Assembly: GCA_035291225.1 (NCBI GenBank)
Contig: DATDSO010000004.1
Location: forward strand, 490,765 to 554,764
Length of the DNA stretch: 64,000 nucleotides
Direction of reading: 5' to 3'
Origin: an archaeon
Lineage (GTDB): Archaea > Aenigmatarchaeota > Aenigmatarchaeia > Aenigmatarchaeales > JACQIB01
Made by a program: the position numbers and the translations under genes. Shown one piece after another: positions 9,959 to 17,430 of this stretch. The notes beneath the pieces are model-generated. The model searched no databases. It was not told the DNA's origin and saw only the letters and a list, made by a program, of their open reading frames with translations. Numbering within the stretch: the first letter of the stretch is position 1; each line of letters begins with the position of its first letter.

Positions 9959-11422
9959 CTACGCACGCTCTGCATATCTCCAAACCTCCCATGGAGAAGG
10001 TCTTATTGCCGCCTGAACATGCTCTTCCATTTTCAATCCCACCCAAGTTCCAATTAAATCTGGGGTGAAAACTTCTCCTCGCAAAAGAAAATCATAATCC
10101 CTTTCCAGTTCTTCCACAGATTCCCGCAGAGAACCTGGAAGTTCTCTTATGCCAAGAGATTCTCTTTCAGGTTTTGTTAGATGATAAATATCTTTATCAA
10201 CAGGATTTCCCGGTTCAATTTTCTTTCTAATCCCATCCAGACCAGCCATAAGCATCGCGGCTTCAGCCAAATAAATATTGCAGCTTGGGTCAGGAGTTCT
10301 GAATTCCACTCGGACAGCAGCGGGGTTTCCTTTTTCATATCTTGGGATTCTGATATTTGCAGATCTATTTCCTCGGCTCCATGCAATAAAAATTGGAGCC
10401 TCATATCCTGGCACAAGCCTGCGGTAAGAGTTGGGCGTCGGATTTGTTATTGCGCAAAGCGCGCGCGAGTGCTCCATCAAGCCGCCGATATAGTATCTGG
10501 CTTCCTGAGAAAGCTCTGCATATTCATCGCTGGGGTCAGACATTACATTAACAGCACTTGAATCTTTCGCATCGGGATCTCCTTTCCACAAGGACTGGTG
10601 GACATGCATACCGCTTCCATTGTCTCCGAAGAATGGCTTTGGCATAAAAGTGGCTGTCATTCCATTTTGCTTTGCGACATGCGTTACAACCATTTTGTAT
10701 GTTGTCACCATGTCGCCCATTCTAACCAAGCTGTCGCGCCTCAAATTTATTTCGCATTGAGCGGATGCAACTTCGTGGTGATGGGCGTCAACGCTTATTC
10801 CTGCATTATCTCTTAGAATTTTGCAAATTTCGGCTCTGATATCAGAAAGCGTATCAGGCGTATCAGGATAATAGCTTCCTTTCCTCGGAGCAGACGAGCC
10901 TCGCTCTCCCTGCCATGGCGCCTCTCTTGACAAAATTCTCGCACCACTGCCTCCCATTGGTAATTCGGGGGCTTGCGGATGCGGCCAGAATTCAACACTA
11001 TCAAAAACAAAAAATTCCAGCTCGGGTCCCCACAGAGTTCTGTATCCTAAACTTTCAGCATGCGCTTCTGCTTTCTGCGCAACATATCTCGGATCGCGCG
11101 AAAATCTTTTTCCTCCGAGGCCCGCGCCGTCATAACAATCTACAATAAATCTTCCTGCGGGATATTTTCCCCAAGGAAGCTTCATAAAAGTTGAAGGGTC
11201 CGGAACCATCACCATGTCAGATTCTTCTATGCCTTTGAAACCTGTGATAGAACTTCCGTCTAATTTCGCAACGCCTCTTTCAAAAGATTTTTCGCTCACC
11301 TCATAAACCGGAACTGCGATGTGCTGCAAGTTTCCAGGCAAATCCAAAAAATGTAATTCTACAAACTCCACACCACTGTCCTTCAGGGCTCTCATTCCCG
11401 CGGCCCCGTCATATGCTGTCAT
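9959..11422 (-). CDS. glnA: Glutamine synthetase type I
   Basis: DGSSI, HHHEVA, ATFMPKPFFGDNGSGMHVHQSLW, NSYRRLVPGYEAP, NRSANIRIP; GGAGGT SD upstream. Confidence 0.97.
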   Translation of the reverse strand: MTAYDGAAGMRALKDSGVEFVELHFLDLPGNLQHIAVPVYEVSEKSFERGVAKLDGSSITGFKGIEESDMVMVPDPSTFMKLPWGKYPAGRFIVDCYDGAGLGGKRFSRDPRYVAQKAEAHAESLGYRTLWGPELEFFVFDSVEFWPHPQAPELPMGGSGARILSREAPWQGERGSSAPRKGSYYPDTPDTLSDIRAEICKILRDNAGISVDAHHHEVASAQCEINLRRDSLVRMGDMVTTYKMVVTHVAKQNGMTATFMPKPFFGDNGSGMHVHQSLWKGDPDAKDSSAVNVMSDPSDEYAELSQEARYYIGGLMEHSRALCAITNPTPNSYRRLVPGYEAPIFIAWSRGNRSANIRIPRYEKGNPAAVRVEFRTPDPSCNIYLAEAAMLMAGLDGIRKKIEPGNPVDKDIYHLTKPERESLGIRELPGSLRESVEELERDYDFLLRGEVFTPDLIGTWVGLKMEEHVQAAIRPSPWEVWRYAERA

Positions 11423-11459
11423 ACCTCCATTTTATCATACTTCAGGATAAATACTTTTA

Positions 11460-11482
11460 TACAAAGATAATGATACTTTGTA
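11460..11482. promoter_or_regulatory. Palindromic candidate operator between the divergent glnA and lrp genes
   Basis: TACAAAG-N9-CTTTGTA inverted repeat between two TATA-like elements. Confidence 0.45.
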
Positions 11483-11550
11483 GCTGTAATAAGCTTTAAA
11501 TATATACAAATGTCTATTTTATAATAAAAAAAGATTAAATTTGTGAACAT

Positions 11551-12003
11551 ATGTCAATTGAAATTGATAAGATAGATAGGGAAATACTGCGCGAACTGCT
11601 ATCGGGCGCGCGAAAATCCTACAGGGAAATCGCGCGAAAAGTTGGAGTCACCACAACGACTGTAATAAAGCGCGTTGCGAAGCTGAAAAAAGAAAAGGCC
11701 ATAAAAGGCGATACAGTAATTCTTGATCCGGAAAAGCTTGGCTTCAGCTTTACTGTAATGATTGAGATTATTTTTTCCAAAGGGAGATTGCTTGAAACAG
11801 AAGAAACGATAGCAAAGCACTACAATGTTTTCGCTGTTTATGATTTGACAGGAGAGCGCGATGCGGTGATTCTTGCGCGCTTCAGGGACAGGGCAGAGCT
11901 GAATGCTTTTGTGAAAAATCTTTTAAAAAATCCTTCTGTCGAGCGCACGAACACACATATAGTTTTGAACACAATTAAAGAAGACTGGAGAGTGCCTGTT
12001 TGA
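11551..12003 (+). CDS. Lrp/AsnC family transcriptional regulator
   Basis: IDKIDREILRELLSGARKSYREIARKVG HTH plus RAM domain (DLTGERD). Confidence 0.95.
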   Translation: MSIEIDKIDREILRELLSGARKSYREIARKVGVTTTTVIKRVAKLKKEKAIKGDTVILDPEKLGFSFTVMIEIIFSKGRLLETEETIAKHYNVFAVYDLTGERDAVILARFRDRAELNAFVKNLLKNPSVERTNTHIVLNTIKEDWRVPV

Positions 12004-12037
12004 ATTTTTTTAAATAGCCGTGCACAGCTTTATTTCT

Positions 12038-13294
12038 ATGCAAGATTTCATTAGAGTGACAGATGTCTCATCTCATGTAGGCAAGGAAGTTTCCCTCCGC
12101 GGCTGGGTTTATCGCAAGCGCGAGCAGAAAGAAATTGTTTTTCTTGTTCTCAGGGACGCGAGCGGAACTGTTCAAGTTGCCTGCAAAAATATTCCCGAAG
12201 CAGCTGCGGCAACAATTGAGTCAAGCATTGAAATTTTTGGGGAAGTGAAAGAAGACAAGCGCGCCCCCGGAGGCTTTGAAATTTCCGCGAGCAAAATAAA
12301 AATTATCGGGCTCGCTGAAAGATTTCCAATTGGAAAAGATTTAAGCGAGGAATTTTTGCGCGATGTGCGCCATCTTTGGATTCGCTCGCGCAAGCTTACA
12401 GAAATTTTCAAAATCCGCTCTGCGGTTTTTCAGGCTATCAGAGAATTCTACACAAGCAGGGGATTTTACGAAGTGCAGTCTCCAAGCTTTACAGCAAATG
12501 CAGTTGAGGGCGGCTCAACTTTGTTTGAAGTGAAATTTCCCGGAAAGAAAGTTTTTCTCTCGCAGAGCTGGCAGCTTTATGCCGAGGCAATGATTTTTTC
12601 TCTGGAGAAAATTTTTACAATCGCGCCGAGCTTCCGCGCGGAAAAATCCAGAACTATAAGGCATTTGGCAGAATACTGGCATCATGAAATGGAAGCCGCA
12701 TGGATGGGTTTTGATGAGCTTTTGAAATTTGAAGAGGATCTAATTTTGTTTGTTGTGGATTATGTTTTGAAAAATTGCGGAAAAGAATTGAAAGAATTGG
12801 GGCGCGACATAGAGGAATTAAAAAGTTTGAAAGCTCCATTCAGCAGACTGACTTATGAAAAAATGCTGAAAGAAACCGGGAAAAAATGGGGCGATGACAT
12901 TACAGACGCAGAGGAACGCGAGCTTGTGAAAAAACTCGGAGGCGCGCCGATTTTTCTCACGCACTTCCCGCGGGACATGAAAGCTTTTTACATGCGTCCG
13001 GACCCGAAAAATCCAAAAGTTGTTTTAGCAGCTGATTTGCTTTTGCCCGGAGTTGGCGAGACAACCGGAGGCTCTGAGCGCATAGAAACAGTAGAAGATT
13101 TGCTGGACTCTCTGAAAATTTTCAAGCTCAACAAAAAAGATTATGAGTGGTACATTGATTTGCGCAGATACGGCTCTGTTCCGCATTCAGGATTCGGCTT
13201 GGGAATTGAAAGGCTTGTGATGTGGCTTACAGGAACAGGGCACATTTTTGACACAATTCCGTTTCCAAGGACAATGGACAGGGTTTATCCTTAA
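12038..13294 (+). CDS. asnS: Asparaginyl-tRNA synthetase
   Basis: OB fold; LSQSWQLYAE, SFRAEKSRTIRHLAEYW, YEWYIDLRRYGSVPHSGFGLGIER. Confidence 0.88.
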   Translation: MQDFIRVTDVSSHVGKEVSLRGWVYRKREQKEIVFLVLRDASGTVQVACKNIPEAAAATIESSIEIFGEVKEDKRAPGGFEISASKIKIIGLAERFPIGKDLSEEFLRDVRHLWIRSRKLTEIFKIRSAVFQAIREFYTSRGFYEVQSPSFTANAVEGGSTLFEVKFPGKKVFLSQSWQLYAEAMIFSLEKIFTIAPSFRAEKSRTIRHLAEYWHHEMEAAWMGFDELLKFEEDLILFVVDYVLKNCGKELKELGRDIEELKSLKAPFSRLTYEKMLKETGKKWGDDITDAEERELVKKLGGAPIFLTHFPRDMKAFYMRPDPKNPKVVLAADLLLPGVGETTGGSERIETVEDLLDSLKIFKLNKKDYEWYIDLRRYGSVPHSGFGLGIERLVMWLTGTGHIFDTIPFPRTMDRVYP

Positions 13295-13350
13295 GCAGGA
13301 TTCTAAAAACCTTTAAAAACTCTACTAATTAGTGAGATACTTCTGATAAA

Positions 13351-13731
13351 ATGTACAGAGATATAAGAGTTAAACGGAAAGGAACAGATTTGAAAAGATT
13401 CTATCCACAAGATATTTGGATTGATGTGCTTGCGAACGTGGAGAGAGACGAATACAATCAACTTCCATGCAATAGAGTTAACAAATATAATGTTGGAGCC
13501 GGCTGCGAAGGCTGTTTATATCTTAGAGAAAGATTTTCAATTCCAGGAGAGCTTCAGGAAGGCATGTCCGAAGCCAAAAAAGTTTCGGAATCCTGCCTCG
13601 TGTCAGAAGCAGAAGCAAGGCTTAAAAAAAGAGAATCAAAAAGCATTCGGGCAGTTGAAGACAGCAAATTGGGAATATATGCTGAAGAAGACGAAAAACA
13701 CGGCTTTGGTTTTGTTTTTCTTCAAATTTAA
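13351..13731 (+). CDS. Hypothetical Cys-containing protein
   Basis: 126-aa ORF with its own TATA-like element; CEGC motif. Confidence 0.55.
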   Translation: MYRDIRVKRKGTDLKRFYPQDIWIDVLANVERDEYNQLPCNRVNKYNVGAGCEGCLYLRERFSIPGELQEGMSEAKKVSESCLVSEAEARLKKRESKSIRAVEDSKLGIYAEEDEKHGFGFVFLQI

Positions 13732-13756
13732 ATCCGTCCATACAAATTCTTTCTGT

Positions 13757-13977
13757 GGGCCCTTAGCATAGCCTGGATTTTTTGGAAAGGCAAATAGTGC
13801 GGCTGGCTTCGGCGCAGGGTGCAAACTTCGTTTACACCCCGCACCCCTATTATGGGATGCGATGAAACCAGCAGATCGGGGGTTCAAATGAAATGTCGCG
13901 AAGCGATAATTTCGGGAGAATAAACCCTTAAGGAGGGCGGAGCCCTTCTTGGGGTGAAATTCCCTCAGGGCTCACCA
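13757..13977 (+). tRNA. tRNA-Arg(UCG) with four predicted BHB introns: 19/20 (13777-13793), 37/38 (13813-13866), 58/59 (13888-13923), 59/60 (13925-13960)
   Basis: Acceptor GGGCCCT/AGGGCTC plus ACCA; D stem GCAT/GTGC; anticodon stem GCTGG/CCAGC with CTTCGG loop; T stem GGGGG/CCCTC; BHB helices found by hand. Confidence 0.88.
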
Positions 13978-13984
13978 ATCCACC

Positions 13985-14092
13985 TTCTCTTTCTTTTCTG
14001 TTCTGAACTTGAAAAAGAAAGAGAATGTAGGCTTCAGTAAAAATCTGAAAGATTTTTACGCGCAGAAAAATTCCCTGAAGGAATTATTTCTG
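13985..14092. repeat. Array of three hairpins directly downstream of tRNA-Arg
   Basis: TTCTCTTTCTTTTC/GAAAAAGAAAGAGAA; GTAAAAATCT-GAA-AGATTTTTAC; CAGAAA.AATTCC/GGAATT.TTTCTG. Confidence 0.6.
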
Positions 14093-14170
14093 TTACCAAG
14101 AGAAAGAAAAAATTTCATAACTTCTTCGTGAAACCATTTTATTTTAAAGCCGACAAAATTAAATTTTAAT

Positions 14171-14671
14171 ATGCCAGAACAAGCAAAACGTTATTTAAAC
14201 GAGTCATCATTAAAGGATATGAGAGAATCCTCAAAGATTGCATTTGATTGGATTGCCGGGTTTACGCCAGAGAAGAAAGTTAAAGTTTTTTCTTCTGACA
14301 GTGTCAAGTTAACTGAAGAATTTATTACTTTTTGTTTATCAAAGGATACAAAACTTGCGAGAGCGATAAAAGCCGCCAAAGAAGGAAAGGCAACTGCAGA
14401 CGAGAAAGAATCTATTGATAACATGATATTATGTTTGGGTGCTTATCTGGGAGAGACTGTAATAAAGAATTTTGGCGGAAAATGGACATTTGATGATAGT
14501 AGAAAAACTTTTTCAGTAACTGAAATCCCTCGGAATGCCGGCGGGCTTATCACAGTATTTCCAATGTCAAAAATCACTAAAAGATTTTTTCTTGGTAAAG
14601 AGGATTCAATAGCGTGGTGGTATCAAGGTACAGAAATTTCTATAAAAGAGAAAGTTTATTATAAAATTTGA
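14171..14671 (+). CDS. DUF3806-like hypothetical protein
   Basis: LGAYLGETVIKNFGGKW...VFPMSKITKRF pattern. Confidence 0.55.
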   Translation: MPEQAKRYLNESSLKDMRESSKIAFDWIAGFTPEKKVKVFSSDSVKLTEEFITFCLSKDTKLARAIKAAKEGKATADEKESIDNMILCLGAYLGETVIKNFGGKWTFDDSRKTFSVTEIPRNAGGLITVFPMSKITKRFFLGKEDSIAWWYQGTEISIKEKVYYKI

Positions 14672-14784
14672 TGATTCGCCAGAGCCAGATTTTTGAGCAG
14701 AAATCTCAACTAAACCGCTTAGCGTTTTTATCCACCTCTCCGTGAAACCGCTTTATTTTAAAGCCAGTAAAACCAAATTATTTT

Positions 14785-15390
14785 ATGCCCAAGCGCGCAA
14801 AGCATTCTAAATTGAAAAGAAAAGTTTCTCATGCAAAGCATAAAGTTTCCCGTGCGGCGAAGAAAGTCAGAAAAATCGCGCACAAGAAAATTTCTGTAGT
14901 AAAGAAAGAGATTTCTTCTACGACCAAAAAATTCAAATCCTCTGTTACAGAATTTCTGGAAAAGCACAAAATTTCATTTGAAGTCCAGCCGCACAAGAAA
15001 GATGTTTGGTCCGCAGAAGATATTGCGGCCCAGAGAAAAGTTCCGCTCAAGCAGGTTGTGAAATGCCTGGTTTTGACAGACGGTACAAATCATGTTGTCG
15101 CGTGCGTGCCTGGGGACAGAAAAGTAAAAGCAGGATTAGTAAAGCAAACTGCCGGCACAGGAAAATTAGAATTTTTACACGAGAAGCATTTGAAAAAAGT
15201 TACAGGGCATCCTTTGGGAACAACTTCTCCAATAGGGCTCGCGAGCAAAGTTCCTGTTGTAATTGATGAGCGCTTGGCAAAATTAAAACATGTTTCCATT
15301 TCCAGCGGGCACAAAAAATTTGGAATAAAAGTTTCCACAAAAGATTTGCTGAAAGTTTCCGGCGCGCAGGTTGCGAAGATTTCTGAGTGA
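14785..15390 (+). CDS. ybaK: YbaK/EbsC aminoacyl-tRNA deacylase with a Lys-rich N-terminal extension
   Basis: QVVKCLVL, VACVPGD, TGHPLGTTSPIG, VVIDE, SISSG. Confidence 0.8.
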   Translation: MPKRAKHSKLKRKVSHAKHKVSRAAKKVRKIAHKKISVVKKEISSTTKKFKSSVTEFLEKHKISFEVQPHKKDVWSAEDIAAQRKVPLKQVVKCLVLTDGTNHVVACVPGDRKVKAGLVKQTAGTGKLEFLHEKHLKKVTGHPLGTTSPIGLASKVPVVIDERLAKLKHVSISSGHKKFGIKVSTKDLLKVSGAQVAKISE

Positions 15391-15452
15391 TTTCTGTTTT
15401 TCCAGATAGATTTAAATGTTTTTCAATTTAATTATTACAGTGAGTTGATTAA

Positions 15453-16022
15453 ATGACAGATGAAGCTATCGAAGCCTTTCCTGAGCCAGATCCAGAGCTT
15501 GCTGCACTTATTTCATGTATAGCCCCAATGCAATTTGTGCGTTGGGCCAGAGAAGAAACAAATAAAAAAAGAATAGAACTTCGTGAGGCCCCAATTTCAC
15601 CAACCGATATGGAAGATAGCAGCCTTATGTGGATTCACATAACAGGAATGTTAGGCATGACTGCTGTTGGCTTTGGCAGAGGAGCTCATCAATATTTAAT
15701 TCTGAAAATTGATAATGAAAGAGCAAGGCTTTATGATCCGATGAGGGGCAAAAGGCAAGTGGCTGCATCTGAAGTAAGTTATGATAGCGTTAGATTCTCG
15801 AAAAATATTTTTTCTAGAGCCAATAAAGCAAGAGGGGCTGGTGCGGTATTAAAAGACTTTCTATCTGCTGAAGAATATGAGCTTGATGTTAGTTTGGGTA
15901 GAATACAAGAAGACAGGTATAACTGTTGCCCGCTTGCTCTTTATGCCGCATTGCTTGCAAACGCAAAAAGCCCAAGATACGCACGGGAGCTTAATGTTGA
16001 AGAAATAAAGAGAATCGCCTAG
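15453..16022 (+). CDS. Putative clan CE (Ulp1/C48-like) cysteine protease
   Basis: Catalytic order H(QYLILKID)...YD(PM)...Q(EDRYN)C(CPLAL). Confidence 0.5.
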   Translation: MTDEAIEAFPEPDPELAALISCIAPMQFVRWAREETNKKRIELREAPISPTDMEDSSLMWIHITGMLGMTAVGFGRGAHQYLILKIDNERARLYDPMRGKRQVAASEVSYDSVRFSKNIFSRANKARGAGAVLKDFLSAEEYELDVSLGRIQEDRYNCCPLALYAALLANAKSPRYARELNVEEIKRIA

Positions 16023-16063
16023 AGAAGAATTATTTAAATCTATGTTTGTTATCTTTTAATTGG

Positions 16064-16234
16064 GCTCCCATCGTCTAGTCCGGTCAAATTTGCCGAGAGG
16101 ATCAGAGCTTCTCAAGCTCTTGACATGGGTGGCGTATTTCAATTTCAGATTTGCGCCCATGAATTCAAACTAAGTGAAGCAAGTTTCACACGCTTTCAAA
16201 AGCTTCGCTTTCAAAAATCCCGTTGGGGGCACCA
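16064..16234 (+). tRNA. tRNA-Glu(CUC) with three introns: D-loop (16087-16097), 53/54 (16130-16163), about 59/60 (16170-16217)
   Basis: Acceptor GCTCCCA/TGGGGGC plus ACCA; anticodon arm AGAGC-TTCTCAA-GCTCT; T stem ATGGG/CCCGT. Confidence 0.88.
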
Positions 16235-16256
16235 GTTTTATCTAATTTCAAAAAAA

Positions 16257-16496
16257 TTATTTCGCGTACTCTGCTGCTTTTGCGACATAATCCCCGGAAG
16301 AAATATCAGTAGGCTCAATTGTGCAATCAAAGCAATGCTGATTAGTTTGCACGCCACAGTACCTTATTTTTGGATCCCAGCCGATCTTTCCTTCTTGCAG
16401 GCACAACTCCTGCAAAGTCAATTCTATGAAATCCTTCTCATTTTCACTTAAATGAGGGTTGTCGGTATGATGCAAAAAACCAACGCGCCTTGCCAT
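16257..16496 (-). CDS. Small hypothetical protein with four Cys
   Basis: MARRVGFLHH...C...C...CFDC; ATG at 16496, divergent from the next gene. Confidence 0.45.
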   Translation of the reverse strand: MARRVGFLHHTDNPHLSENEKDFIELTLQELCLQEGKIGWDPKIRYCGVQTNQHCFDCTIEPTDISSGDYVAKAAEYAK

Positions 16497-16546
16497 GATT
16501 TTAATTACCAGAAAAACTTTATAAAGTGGTGTGCAGAAAATAAATA

Positions 16547-17380
16547 ATGCGAAAGCGCACAAATTATTTCAAGATTTTCTTTGTGACAGCAGTTTTTGCC
16601 TTGGCTATATATGCGAGCGTTATTAGCGCGCAGACTTATGGCGGTGGGAAAATTTCGATTCAAGGAAAACTTTCTGACGCAGACGGAAAGCCGCTTGATG
16701 GAAATTTTCAGCTGAAATTTGATTTTCTAAGTGCCGCGAATAATGTTTTGATAAAATCTGTTGGGCCTCAGGCTGTTAGTGTTAAAAAAGGATTTTTCAC
16801 TGCTCAGATTGATCCAACAGGTTTGAGCTTTACTATTCCGTATTTAGTTGATGTTTCAGTTGAGGGGCAGAAGCTTTCTCCAAGTTTTATTCTTTCTTAT
16901 GCGCCTTACGCTTTGAGGGCTGTGAATGCTGATTCTGCGGTTAGTGCTGCAAGTGCTGCTGCGCTTTCTGGGAATTTGGATGCCTCAAAAATTTCTGGTC
17001 AAATCACAAACACGCAAATACAAAATTTGGACGCCTCAAAACTTACTGGCAGCTTAAGCGTTGACAGAATTTCTGATGGCTCTGTAACTGGCGCGAAAAT
17101 AAAGGATGGGGATGTTTCTTTGAGCGATGTGGGGTTTGTTGCCGGCGGGAAAAAATCTGGACAAAATAGCTATGGAATTCAATTTGCAATAGATTCTCAA
17201 TATGGAAGGAGAAATGCTTTTTCTCTCGGAACAACTCCTCTTGTAGTTTGCAGCACAGAAACCGCGAAAACATTTTGTGTAGCTGGAGCAATTACTAACA
17301 ACGGCTTCACTGCGATTGTTTATGATAATAATGGAGCTCTGACATCTGCGCCCATAAATTGGATCGCCATTGGCAGCTAA
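16547..17380 (+). CDS. Secreted tail-fibre-like adhesin with a C-terminal H-type lectin/gp53-like domain
   Basis: Signal peptide; ISIQGKLSDADGKPLDG...APYALRA head; LDASKI(S/T)G repeats; C-terminal NGFTA...INWIAIG. Confidence 0.6.
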   Translation: MRKRTNYFKIFFVTAVFALAIYASVISAQTYGGGKISIQGKLSDADGKPLDGNFQLKFDFLSAANNVLIKSVGPQAVSVKKGFFTAQIDPTGLSFTIPYLVDVSVEGQKLSPSFILSYAPYALRAVNADSAVSAASAAALSGNLDASKISGQITNTQIQNLDASKLTGSLSVDRISDGSVTGAKIKDGDVSLSDVGFVAGGKKSGQNSYGIQFAIDSQYGRRNAFSLGTTPLVVCSTETAKTFCVAGAITNNGFTAIVYDNNGALTSAPINWIAIGS

Positions 17381-17430
17381 TTTCTTCAAATTCAATCAAT
17401 TTAAAAAGTTTACTATACAAATAATTTCCT

